Source of the DNA: Trichormus sp. ATA11-4-KO1
GTDB taxonomy: Bacteria; Cyanobacteriota; Cyanobacteriia; Cyanobacteriales; Nostocaceae
NCBI GenBank assembly: GCA_019358915.1
Contig: JAHHIM010000026.1
Span: 1 to 64,000, forward strand
Length of the DNA stretch: 64,000 bases
Direction of reading: 5' to 3'
Made by a program: the position numbers and the translations under genes. This document shows, one piece after another, positions 10,489-20,322 of this stretch. The notes below the pieces were generated by a model. That model was not told the origin of the DNA. It worked only from the letters and a program-made list of their open reading frames with translations, and made no database searches. The first letter of the stretch is position 1. Each line of letters opens with the position of its first letter.

Positions 10489-10629
10489 GCTACCTCTCCA
10501 AAACTTTGCTGATACATTATTTGCTAACTCTTCTGAGAAACTTTTGGCTATACCTGATAAAGGCTGAAAACACCAAAAATGGTAGAAATTTAGGTACTAG
10601 ATAGATTTTACGCTGTGAGAAAGCTTTCT

Positions 10630-10822
10630 GGCGTTGCATAAATGCGGGATGAATCAATGAAAAACGGATATTTCCCTATACTTCAAATAGGAAAGTAACA
10701 AGCAAATAGAATATTTAAGCATATCTACTGACTTGCAATAGCAAAATATTTTACGATGTAGGCGTGCTAAGTAATGATGTAAACGGGTATTTTCTCCTTC
10801 TATTCTAATATTATGCAACACC
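10630..10822. mobile_element. Degenerate MITE-like element
   Basis: Terminal inverted repeats GGCGTTGCATAA / TTATGCAACACC (11/12); no clear TSD. Confidence 0.4.
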
Positions 10823-11230
10823 TTAGCTCATGAAAGGAAGTAGTTTAACTTCAAAACTGAACAATTTGTCAAATTAAAGGTTACGGATAGTGGGATTATT
10901 GCTGCGAATACTGTAAAAGAAAAGCGATTAGTTCCACACATTACACGAGGATTTGATTGGGCTTATGTTGCGCTTCAAGCTATTGGTACTGCTCCTAAAA
11001 TTGGTGTTAGTGATATTCGTTTTAAAGTGTTGGGGAACAATCTACAACCTGTTCCAACCTAAGCCCCTAGTAATCCCTCGAGCATTCCCCCCTAGAAGCA
11101 ACCGCCAGAGGCTAAAGCAACTCTTGAAGGTTAAGCACAAAAGAATGGGGGAGTCGTAGAAACGCATTTCGCAGAATAAGGAAATTTCAGTGCTTTCAAC
11201 TACAATGTCTTGGATCTTTGCTGTACATGG

Positions 11231-11971
11231 TCAGACAGCCCCAAGTCTTTGATATTCACTGTACATAGTCAGACCGTCCCAAGTTTGCGTTCCCACTATT
11301 CCATCCACTGTTAAATCTTGCTGCTCTTGAAAGGCTTTAATAGCACTCTCTGTTAAAGGGCCAAAATACCCATCTACTTTAACAGCATAGCCGTTAGCCA
11401 CTAATAGCCGTTGTAAAACTCTGACAGCTATACCTGAACTACTAAAACCTAGATTAGGTAATCTTTGGTTAGTGAAGCTTTGAGAACTTGCAATAACAAT
11501 ATCATTACTATTTTGTTCGGATATTAACTTTTCTCTATTAATAAAACTTGCTTTTTGAGATTTCGTAAAAACCAGCTTATCTCTACGTTGTTTTGCCGTT
11601 AAGCCTTTTCTTTTAGAAAACTCATTTGTCAAATCTTGAGTATAATTGACCTTAGTTAATTTGTCTAAATCTTTTCTCAAATCTTGAGTATAATTGACCT
11701 TAGTTAATTTGTCTAAATCTTTTGTAAATATTTTTCTTATTTTTGTTATTCTGCTTTTTTGAGATTGAGACTTAGGTCTTAATGGAAAAATTCGTAAATT
11801 ATGACTTAGCCTCATGGCTTTAGATGATGCAGCTTTTGCTTCTGAAATTAGCTGATATGATTGATTCTGCATATCTTTGTCTAGCTGAATTGCAGACAGG
11901 TTGAGCAAATTGGATGAGGATAACTGTTCTGTCATCAATACGCCTGTCATTAGCATTGTAATATTGTTCAT
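11231..11971 (-). CDS. Peptidoglycan-binding domain protein
   Basis: C-terminal PG_binding_1 (AVRVLQRLL...VDGYFGPLTESAIKAFQ...LTVDGIVG); internal 16-aa duplication. Confidence 0.85.
   Translation of the reverse strand: MNNITMLMTGVLMTEQLSSSNLLNLSAIQLDKDMQNQSYQLISEAKAASSKAMRLSHNLRIFPLRPKSQSQKSRITKIRKIFTKDLDKLTKVNYTQDLRKDLDKLTKVNYTQDLTNEFSKRKGLTAKQRRDKLVFTKSQKASFINREKLISEQNSNDIVIASSQSFTNQRLPNLGFSSSGIAVRVLQRLLVANGYAVKVDGYFGPLTESAIKAFQEQQDLTVDGIVGTQTWDGLTMYSEYQRLGAV
11631..11726. repeat. 48-bp tandem duplication inside the PG-binding gene
   Basis: AAATCTTGAGTATAATTGACCTTAGTTAATTTGTCTAAATCTTTT occurs twice at 48-nt spacing (KDLDKLTKVNYTQDL x2). Confidence 0.92.
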
Positions 11972-12303
11972 TGTACTTGCTACCGAAATGTTGACTATTA
12001 AGAGAAAATACTGATGCTCTTGCTTTACAAAAGCATTACATCGCTGTATAAGCTATTAACTAACGCTTGAATACTAAAGCCATTATATGCGTAACATTTT
12101 AGGCTGACAGGGTGACAAAAAAGCTACAAAGCAGACTGGATAACAGACATAGCACGTAAACCCTTCTGAAAATAGGGTAGTTTACTGGGTCTTATAGTAT
12201 TTCACGAAAAAATCATACAGATAATGAAGGAGTAAATATTAACTCTAGCGACCTGCAATGCTGTTTCTGGCTAAATTTCAAATAGGTCACGGCAGCCTGA
12301 ATT

Positions 12304-12451
12304 AACGTGAGTTCGACGAACCTCTCCCTCCCAGTCTCCCTTTCCTTGCAGGAGAGGGAGACTGGGAGAGAAAATTTGGCTTTTTACTTCCCTTTGGGCA
12401 TCACAGAGGGGGTTGGAGGAGAGGTCAAAAAAGACTTGTCGAACTCACGTT
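12304..12451. mobile_element. 148-bp MITE with 14-bp perfect TIRs and 5-bp TSD
   Basis: AACGTGAGTTCGAC ... GTCGAACTCACGTT, flanked on both sides by GAATT; internal hairpin CTCCCAGTCTCCCT...AGGGAGACTGGGAG. Confidence 0.88.
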
Positions 12452-13364
12452 GAATTAACAAATATAAAGCGAGCAGTACCATCGGAACAGAGGCTATAGC
12501 TATACATGGGGTGAAACTGATTCAAGAGTCTTGGGGGTAGAAGTAGCGGTGCAATGTAGAAGTTGAGTGTCAGAGGATAAGTAAATCCTCCTAACAATGA
12601 GTGAAGAGCCGACTCTCCAATTTCACCTAATTGTAGGAAAGCTAAGTTTAGTACATAATTACTAATAAATTTGGTATTTACTCTCTCAAAGAGGGATAAG
12701 ACCACCGCATCTGTGTTCGCCATATAACGGCTAAAACCCTTGCATAGCAAGGGTTTTGAAAATAAAAATGCAGTTGCTCAAATATCCAGTTGTATGTAGT
12801 ACGTTATTGCTGTCTGTGCCAATTGGCCTTTTTCAACCAGGCAAATTCAATACCTGATATTGAGCAACCAACTATGGCTTCTTTAAAATCTGCAATCCAT
12901 TTGCGATCGCCCTATGGTCGATTACGTAAGATATGACTTATATCTTGTGGAATAAAACAACCCTGATTGCTTTATATACTAAGTTAATATATTCTATTAT
13001 TATTTTATTTTAGAAAATTCTTATGCCGCGAGCTTTTTGGTAAATTTAATCTTAAATATATATTTACCTAAAATAAAACCAGGCTCGTAGACATGAGGTA
13101 ATCCTCAATGGGAGAATATTTGATGATAAGTAATTTATAAAGTAAACATTAAATGTTAAACTGCCTTACAGCAGTGTGTAAAGTATTACATTTGGTGGTA
13201 CTTTAGGTTAAGGCTAATTTCTAAACTCTTAAATATTCAAATACTTATACAGCCGTAACACACGCTCTATATTTACTTTATGAATGACTTCAAAAAAACC
13301 TAAGAAAAAATTGTTTTTGACAAATAGCTATGACAGATAGCTACGGTAATGATTTAGGGGTTCT

Positions 13365-13394
13365 TTTATTATTAAAGATATCTTTAATAATAAA
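13365..13394. promoter_or_regulatory. 30-bp perfect palindrome 29 nt upstream of the dynamin gene
   Basis: TTTATTATTAAAGAT|ATCTTTAATAATAAA is seen directly; an operator role is inferred. Confidence 0.5.
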
Positions 13395-13423
13395 GTAATA
13401 AATCTAGCAGATAATAATCATTT

Positions 13424-16015
13424 ATGAATACATCATTAATTGAGAATCAAGTAGTTAATTTTTTGTCAAAAATTACTGGTCAAAAACTAACTCAAAGAGA
13501 TGTTACACCATTGGTAATATTTGTAGCTAATTTGATTATAGTCTTGCTAGGAGTAATGTTCGCTGATGGCATCGTTACAGATAAAGAAAAACAAAAACTT
13601 GTCGAAATTTTGGCTCGCTTTAGTACACCAGAAAGTGACATACGTAGATTTAAGTACTTAATGATTAAAGGAGTTAAAAAATATCAGCTTTATATAAAAT
13701 TTAATGAGTTAGTAACTATAACCAAACTCCTTTCAGAATCAGAACAATTGTTGTTAATTGGCTTGGGTTATGAAATGTCTACAATTGATGATAAATTGGG
13801 CTGGCGTGAGCAAAGGTATTTAGAAATTCTAGCTCAATTCTTAGGTGTTAAACCGCAACATTTTGCAGTCTTAGCATCTGCGTTTAAGCCTCAAGAAAAA
13901 TTTGACATAGCAGTTTTCAATGAGGTAGATGATTTACTAAATACTTTACGTCCTCAAGAAGTAAATACTGAAGCCATTAAGCAACATTCTAATGAGTTGA
14001 AGACTCTGCCCGCTAACTCTAAAGCTAAAACGACACAACCGCGTGTTTCTATATACTATGAAGGCTTAAAAAAATTTCAAGAGTTTAGCAAGCAATTAGG
14101 TAATTATTGCCATCATATTTTTCAGATAGTTCAAAGTTGCCATGAACTTGGCTTTCTCTCTCAAGATTTAGTTGATGAAGTTAGTGCGTTATCAAGAAAC
14201 CTCGAATTACATCGATTTCGATTAGCAATTATCGGTGAGTTTAGCCAAGGAAAATCAACTTTAATCAATGCTTTGTTGGGTGAAGAAATTCAACCAATGC
14301 AAGAGATTCCCTGTAATGGTACAGTAGTAGTTTTAAAGTATGGGGCGCGAAAACAAATAATTTGTCGTTATAAAAATGGCAGTGAAGAAGAAATATCATT
14401 TGACGATTACCAGCAAAAAGTAAGTATTTCTCAAGATACTGTCATTGGTTCTATAAATGAAGAATTAGCACAATCTGCAATTGAGGAAATTGTTATTGAA
14501 CACCCAAATTTGGCATTATGCAATAGTGGTGTAGAGATCATTGATTCACCAGGATTAAATGAAAATCCTGAACTCACAGCCATTACTCAAAAGTTACTTC
14601 AACATATTGATGCTGCTATTTTTATTACTAATGCTTCACGAGCACTAACACAAAGCGAACGTGAATTATTAAATAAATTGAGAATCCAACTCAACGGTGG
14701 CAAAGATGAAGAACCTGCAAACAACTTGTTTATTGTGTGCAACTTTATAGATTTAATTAGTACAGAAAAAAGTCGGGAGCAGATAAAAAGAAGAATTCAC
14801 ACAATTATTGAAGGTGACAAACCAATAATTACAGGGAAAAACCGCGTACACTTTATTTCAGCGCAAGCTGCGCTTAATGCAGTTATAAATGGATACGAAG
14901 ATGAGTATAAAAAAAGTTTTGATCTTTTTGTTAAATCAATTGAGAGATTTCTAATTCTTGAACGTGGAAGGTTAAAACTTCAGCCATTGTCTGAACAACT
15001 TAATAAATTGATCCAAAAAATTATTAGGATACTGAATGAATTCAAAGATGATCTAGAAGCTAAGATAAAGATTGCCGAATATGAAAAACGTAAAATTATA
15101 GAGCAAATTGGAGGATTTAGTGGCCGTGATGTCAAAATAACTTTATTAACGATTCAACTTATAGAACAAGGTCTTGAACAAGCTAATATTTCATGGAATA
15201 AGTGGAATAAAGGTTTAGAAGAACGCATGATATTAAGAAGTGAGCAATGGAATTCTGAACATAAGCTCTTTTGGAAGCAAGACAAATTAATTCGTGACTA
15301 TATTCAGTGCTTTGTTAGAGACTTATCAAATGAAATTGATGATTGGGTTAATAATCAATTGAAAAATGTAATATTACAAGAGAGCTTACTAAAGCTAGAT
15401 AGAGATATAAATTATGAATTAGATGCAATTCAATCAGATTTTAATTTATTAGATATGAGAAACAATACTATCTTCAGTGAAGAACTTAAACGCTCTATTA
15501 ATGATATTACTGAGCAATTAATTGAATTGGATAATATTGATTTTAGTGCTGCATTAAAGGGAGAATTGCTGGTGTTTACAGGAATTGGCTTCATACCAGT
15601 GACGCTAGCTAATATTACTGGTGTAATTGCTAGTTCTTTTGGATCTATAATGTTAGATGGCGATGGATTGCATGAAGAAATTAAAATGTCTGTTTTGGAA
15701 ACAGGATTGCAAAAGTTTGATGAATCATTAGATAAAATTTATGAAAAATTAGAGGAAAATATTGAGAAATTCTTTGATATTAAAGTTGAATCAGTAAGTC
15801 GAGTCATTGAAGAAGCTATATATACGTATGAAAAAGTTTTGGAGCAACAAGAAAAATCTCATCAAGAAATGCTAGAAAAACATTACGCCAATAAATCTTG
15901 GATTTTAGACAAGTGCGAAGAACTTGAGCAAATAAATAACAGAATTAGCAAGGATATTACACTTTGGTATTCTGAGGAGATTAATAAAGTAATTATTAAT
16001 CCTCGTCCATCTTAA
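13424..16015 (+). CDS. Dynamin-like GTPase with N-terminal TerB-like domain
   Basis: G1 GEFSQGKS, G3 DSPG, G4 NFID, helical trunk with hydrophobic paddle (LLVFTGIGFIPVTLANITGVIASSFG); N-terminal VMFADGIVTDKEK...EQRYLEILAQFLGV is TerB-like. Confidence 0.88.
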   Translation: MNTSLIENQVVNFLSKITGQKLTQRDVTPLVIFVANLIIVLLGVMFADGIVTDKEKQKLVEILARFSTPESDIRRFKYLMIKGVKKYQLYIKFNELVTITKLLSESEQLLLIGLGYEMSTIDDKLGWREQRYLEILAQFLGVKPQHFAVLASAFKPQEKFDIAVFNEVDDLLNTLRPQEVNTEAIKQHSNELKTLPANSKAKTTQPRVSIYYEGLKKFQEFSKQLGNYCHHIFQIVQSCHELGFLSQDLVDEVSALSRNLELHRFRLAIIGEFSQGKSTLINALLGEEIQPMQEIPCNGTVVVLKYGARKQIICRYKNGSEEEISFDDYQQKVSISQDTVIGSINEELAQSAIEEIVIEHPNLALCNSGVEIIDSPGLNENPELTAITQKLLQHIDAAIFITNASRALTQSERELLNKLRIQLNGGKDEEPANNLFIVCNFIDLISTEKSREQIKRRIHTIIEGDKPIITGKNRVHFISAQAALNAVINGYEDEYKKSFDLFVKSIERFLILERGRLKLQPLSEQLNKLIQKIIRILNEFKDDLEAKIKIAEYEKRKIIEQIGGFSGRDVKITLLTIQLIEQGLEQANISWNKWNKGLEERMILRSEQWNSEHKLFWKQDKLIRDYIQCFVRDLSNEIDDWVNNQLKNVILQESLLKLDRDINYELDAIQSDFNLLDMRNNTIFSEELKRSINDITEQLIELDNIDFSAALKGELLVFTGIGFIPVTLANITGVIASSFGSIMLDGDGLHEEIKMSVLETGLQKFDESLDKIYEKLEENIEKFFDIKVESVSRVIEEAIYTYEKVLEQQEKSHQEMLEKHYANKSWILDKCEELEQINNRISKDITLWYSEEINKVIINPRPS

Positions 16016-16185
16016 AAAGTGTAGTTTTCCTAGAAAATTTATTATCGTGAATAACTGGGTTTAGTAGAGAATGAATACAGAGATGCTCAAATTAGAATGT
16101 GATCATTAGAGATAGAGAAAGCGATCAATTGCGAGATCCGTAAAGCCTTAGAACAAGCAGCAAAACCACCTCAACACAGACAACA

Positions 16186-16455
16186 GATCAAGCACAGCGC
16201 TACACAGCTAGTGAATCGTGGATGGGGCTTCCTTGGAAAAAATTCCGAAATACCCTATTTCGGCTAAAACGGAGAATCTTTAAACACTAGTCATACCACG
16301 ATTAGCGACACATGGGCAAAGGCGAATAGCCAAGAACATCGGGAGCCGGATGCACGGAAACGGTGCCAATACTGGTAACTTGCTGGCTACCTACTCTATG
16401 GTAAGTCCGGATCTCAATGAGAGGTGCGGGAGATAATACTCCCCTTAGACTCAAC
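16186..16455 (+). mobile_element. Internally deleted group II intron-type retroelement remnant (RVT_N fragment plus domains V and VI)
   Basis: 16204-16290 reads TASESWMGLPWKKFRNTLFRLKRRIFKH*, like the N-terminus of cyanobacterial intron RTs. GAGCCGGATGCACGGAAACGGTGC..AAGTCCGGATC is DV-like (interrupted by 36 nt), and a DVI-like segment ends GACTCAAC. Confidence 0.78.
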
Positions 16456-16667
16456 CGATGAATGTTTAGAAATCCTGCTTAATTGTTGCCCATCTCCCCC
16501 GAAAAAAAAATCGCTCTCCAAAATGGCGCTAATCCAGTGGTAATACGGTGGTTTTTATTTCTATTAATAATTAATTTATTTATTTATTATGACAGTTTTT
16601 TAACTGTCTACTTACTTTTTCAGGTTTCTCCGTTTAACTGCAACATCTACCTTTTACGAAGTACAGT

Positions 16668-17996
16668 ATGCTGTTTGAATTTACACCTGCTATTAGAGCT
16701 GGCATTGAAGCCGGTAAATACGCAGAAATATTAAGTAATGGAATCCCCATTGGTATAGCACGAGATACCGTATCTGGAAGTTTTTTTGCTCATGCCGTTG
16801 GTACTCTAGTCGATAATTATCCTTTATCACCACTTGTTGTACCCGTTCAGTTCCTGATGACAGGAGCAAACATTGTACAAAACCATATAGCTTTCTCAGA
16901 GATATATCAGCAAAATAGTTTTGTACAAGCTGGTTTACAATCGCTGCAAACAAACCTAGAAGTTCTACAAGCCACTATAGCCTTGATTGAGTTAGGTAAA
17001 ATACCCAGTATTGCATTAGAGGTAGTAAACTTACACCAGACACTCAAACTTAAAAAAGAAGTTGAGCAAATGCGACTTGAAGTCAAAAACGGCTTTATTG
17101 ATTTGCAACAAGCTCTCAAAACTCAAAGGGCTGAAGTTAGGCAAATCGTCAAGGAAGTAGTCCACAATATTAATTTTGAAGAGCATCGCGCAGTTTTATT
17201 ACGGGCGTATGGACTGTTTATACAGGCACTTAATCGTTTACGATCAGCATTAAGATTACAAGATACTAGTCAGAGATATGCTGAAATTGATAGTGCAAGA
17301 GAAATGTTGTTTGAGGCATTAGGAGATTACATTAATCCTCAGCAACTGGAAAAAACCTCTGCACCTGGACAACTTCGCAGATTTGAATGTGCTTGGGCAA
17401 TTGAACAAGCAATTATGATCACGTATCAAATACAGAATGAGGCGATCGCTGTTAGCGATCACCTTTGCCATCTCCGTGATAAAATTAAGGAACAAATCAG
17501 TACAGTAATTAATAATTGTAAATCGTACGATGAGCTTAGTTTTATCTTTCCCGAAATTAGCCGCATTTGCAAACATGATTTAGCTATTTTGGAGGTATGG
17601 CAGGCACGGGTTAATTGGGTACGCTCACTTTCACTAATGGAAATGAAACTCTTAGCTAGAAAGAATTGTAACCCTTCAGAACTAGCTGATACCTTAGATA
17701 CGAATCAAGCTACAAAGGTGCTATTAGTACCACCCGAACAATTAGCATACGAAGATTTAGCTGAAAAATCTCATTTCTACTCTCTGCTTGACCAACTAAT
17801 ATTTATGCTCAAGCCTGTTTTACGTCAGGAGTACGAAGTTTATATCAACCAACAAGCTCATATCACAGGTCACAAAATATTAGTTCAGAAAAACCTACAA
17901 CAAGCCTCTGATATGACAATTGCAAATCTTTATTACTATTTCAAAGTAAGAGATGAGTCCAACGTAGAAGAAACTTTAGAGGCAATAACGGCATAA
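16668..17996 (+). CDS. Hypothetical alpha-helical/coiled-coil protein, putative dynamin partner
   Basis: Intact 442-aa ORF; Gly-rich amphipathic N-terminus followed by heptad-rich segments; no catalytic motif recognised. Confidence 0.8.
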   Translation: MLFEFTPAIRAGIEAGKYAEILSNGIPIGIARDTVSGSFFAHAVGTLVDNYPLSPLVVPVQFLMTGANIVQNHIAFSEIYQQNSFVQAGLQSLQTNLEVLQATIALIELGKIPSIALEVVNLHQTLKLKKEVEQMRLEVKNGFIDLQQALKTQRAEVRQIVKEVVHNINFEEHRAVLLRAYGLFIQALNRLRSALRLQDTSQRYAEIDSAREMLFEALGDYINPQQLEKTSAPGQLRRFECAWAIEQAIMITYQIQNEAIAVSDHLCHLRDKIKEQISTVINNCKSYDELSFIFPEISRICKHDLAILEVWQARVNWVRSLSLMEMKLLARKNCNPSELADTLDTNQATKVLLVPPEQLAYEDLAEKSHFYSLLDQLIFMLKPVLRQEYEVYINQQAHITGHKILVQKNLQQASDMTIANLYYYFKVRDESNVEETLEAITA

Positions 17997-18142
17997 TTTC
18001 TCTACTCATGATACTGGCATTGATTATTACCTGAATTTCTCACTTGTGAGAAAAAACTACATGGAATCGATTTGGGGATATTATCTGACGCAAACCAAGC
18101 GTGGCAAGTATCATAATCAATATATCTGTAATATGCCCTTAA

Positions 18143-18630
18143 TATATCTGTAACTTGCTAACAGTAAAATGTGCCTGTTTGCCAATATATTCCAGCTGAT
18201 ACAATTTATGAGTACGTAGTCAACTCATTTTTTGAAACTCTGTCGCCTTTAGAACTAGATGCTTACTAAAAGCCTGTCAAAACTGGGAGCATTCCAAATG
18301 TGCAAGTTTATTAAAACATGGAAGGATGGCAGCAGAGAAGGAAAAACGTTGGGAAAATTCCCTATGTTAACTGAAACTAGCAGAGATTACTGATGCTCAA
18401 CACCACCGTACTCAATACTTTTCGGTTAAGGAGTGTAGAGGCGTTCAATGGAACGTCTCTACAAGGGTTTTCGGCTCACGAATTTGCTTAACCGAGTAGT
18501 ATTGCCACCATAGTCCCAAAGTAATTTTACTAGCAAAAAAACTGAAATCTGCTTTTACTGCCATTGGACTAAAACTTCCTGAAGTATGGCACAAAGATGT
18601 TTTGACCTAAGTCCAAAAAAAATCATCTTA
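18143..18630 (+). pseudogene. Large serine recombinase family remnant
   Basis: Collinear fragments YICNLL / VPVCQYIPADTIYEYVVNSFFETLSPLELDAY* / AAEKEKRWENSL / LKSAFTAIGLKLPEVWHKDVLT* resemble the zinc-ribbon and coiled-coil region of recombinase-family proteins. Confidence 0.55.
18413..18504. mobile_element. 92-bp MITE with 18-bp TIRs and a degenerate 10-bp TSD
   Basis: CAATACTTTTCGGTTAAG / CTTAACCGAGTAGTATTG; flanks CCACCGTACT / CCACCATAGT; internal GTAG-type hairpin TGTAGAGGCGTTC..GAACGTCTCTACA. Confidence 0.78.
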
Positions 18631-18862
18631 GAAATTGCTGTGATTTGATACTTCTATTTCAAGGTAGCTTTGGCAAGTCGCTGGATGCTGAGTTACAGAC
18701 CAGCAATACAAGAATTCTCACACCAGTAAGAATACACAAGAACCAAAATCTGGTACATTAACTCGGAACGCATCGTCAAGAATCAGTTTCCGCAGATTGC
18801 ATTTGGCAACTGTTGGCTTTTCGGGTATTTCTGCAACTACTAACTTGGGGTACATCAAAATT

Positions 18863-19612
18863 ATGAAACCATTTCTTTTTGTCACCGACCTGGATCACAC
18901 CTTCGTAGGTAATGACGCAGCATTAACAGAACTCAGTCAACGACTTGACCAACATCGCCAAGAATACGGCACTAAAATTGTGTATGCCACAGGGCGATCG
19001 CCTATTCTTTACCGCGAACTCCAGCAAGAAAAAAATCTCATGCAGCCGGATGCGCTTGTCCTGTCTGTGGGTACGGAAATTTACCTTGACGGTAATGATA
19101 CTCCCGATGCAGCTTGGTCAGAAATCCTCTCTACTGGGTGGGATCGCGAATTAGTATTAAAAATTGCTAAGTCTTTCCCTGAGTTAGCACTACAACCAGA
19201 CTCAGAACAACGTACCTTTAAAGTCAGCTGTTTCTTGCATCAAGAAGCCGCAGAGAATATCTTACCGCAACTAGAGGCAGAGTTGCTCAATTGTAAATTA
19301 AATATAAAGTTAATCTATAGTAGCGGTATTGACCTTGACATTGTGCCTCTTACCAGCGATAAAGGTCAGGCAATGCAGTTTCTCCGTCAAAAGTGGAAAT
19401 TTGCAGCAGAACAAACAGTTGTCTGCGGTGATTCAGGTAATGATATTGCTTTATTCGCTGTAGGCAACGAACGGGGAATTATAGTCGGGAATGCCCGAAA
19501 AGAGTTACTCCAGTGGCACAACGAGTATCCCGCTAACTATCGTTACCTGGCACAAGCTGTTTGTGCTGGTGGAATTCTCGAAGGATTAAAATATTTTGGT
19601 TTCTTAGAATGA
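18863..19612 (+). CDS. spp: Sucrose-phosphate phosphatase (HAD IIB)
   Basis: [26 protein letters not shown] motifs; ATG at 18863 preferred over the upstream TTG. Confidence 0.92.
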   Translation: MKPFLFVTDLDHTFVGNDAALTELSQRLDQHRQEYGTKIVYATGRSPILYRELQQEKNLMQPDALVLSVGTEIYLDGNDTPDAAWSEILSTGWDRELVLKIAKSFPELALQPDSEQRTFKVSCFLHQEAAENILPQLEAELLNCKLNIKLIYSSGIDLDIVPLTSDKGQAMQFLRQKWKFAAEQTVVCGDSGNDIALFAVGNERGIIVGNARKELLQWHNEYPANYRYLAQAVCAGGILEGLKYFGFLE

Positions 19613-20253
19613 TTAGCTATCTCAAAGGGATCGTCGCTGGTATTCAAACAATTGGCGGGAGTCGCTTGATGTTGACTCTAGAAGTAAATGGTTTGGGCTA
19701 TGATTTGCAAATTCCGCAACGCCTAGCACAGCAGTTGCCAGAGTCGGGGGGAGTAATCCAAATTTTTACCCATCTGCAAATTCGCGATGAAGTACCGTTT
19801 CTATACGGCTTTGCTTCCCCAGCCGAACGCGATTTATTTCGCCACTTACTAACGGTGAGTGGTATCGGCGCAGCCTTAGCGATCGCCTTACTAGACACCT
19901 TAGAACTACCAGATTTAGTCCAAGCCATCATCGCTGCCAATACCCAAGTCTTAATTCAAGCCCCTGGTGTCGGCAAAAAAACCGCAGAACGCATCTGTTT
20001 GGAACTGAAAAGCAAGTTAGTTGAATGGCGCAAATCAGCAGGTTTCTTCGTCGCCACAGGTGGCCCAGCACCAGGGATTCTCGAAGAAGTACAAATGACC
20101 CTCTTCGCTTTAGGATATACTGCCCATGAAGTTAGTCATGCCTTACACGTAGTCAGCGAAGACATTGGACTACCAAAAGACGCCTACGTAGAAGACTGGA
20201 TCAAACAAGCGATCGCTCACCTTAGCAGTAGTGAACAAGTTAGTAATTCGTAA
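19609..20253 (+). CDS. ruvA: Holliday junction branch migration protein RuvA
   Basis: [42 protein letters not shown] overlap with spp. Confidence 0.96.
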   Translation: MISYLKGIVAGIQTIGGSRLMLTLEVNGLGYDLQIPQRLAQQLPESGGVIQIFTHLQIRDEVPFLYGFASPAERDLFRHLLTVSGIGAALAIALLDTLELPDLVQAIIAANTQVLIQAPGVGKKTAERICLELKSKLVEWRKSAGFFVATGGPAPGILEEVQMTLFALGYTAHEVSHALHVVSEDIGLPKDAYVEDWIKQAIAHLSSSEQVSNS

Positions 20254-20283
20254 TTCGTAATTCGTAATTCGTAATTCGTAATT
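20245..20283. repeat. STRR heptamer array (TAATTCG)n
   Basis: About 5 tandem copies overlapping the ruvA stop codon. Confidence 0.9.
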
Positions 20284-20322
20284 TCCTATCCCCCTCATCT
20301 CCCTACTCCCCACTCCTCACTC

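Noticed and set aside
10860..11159. 68-aa ORF and an overlapping start-less frame (VKLKVTDSGIIAA...LQPVPT*)
   Set aside because: No valid start for the more protein-like frame and no recognisable family; left as island debris
12445..12750. 101-aa minus-strand ORF
   Set aside because: Starts in a palindrome and ends inside the MITE; at best an unidentifiable gene remnant
16483..16734. 83-aa hydrophobic ORF as a third gene of the dynamin module
   Set aside because: TTG start, hydrophobicity follows from AT-rich low complexity, and it overlaps the 442-aa gene by 67 nt
20245..20283. Tandem repeats (also at 34572 and 11631) as a CRISPR array
   Set aside because: No unique spacers and no cas genes; these are STRRs or simple duplications
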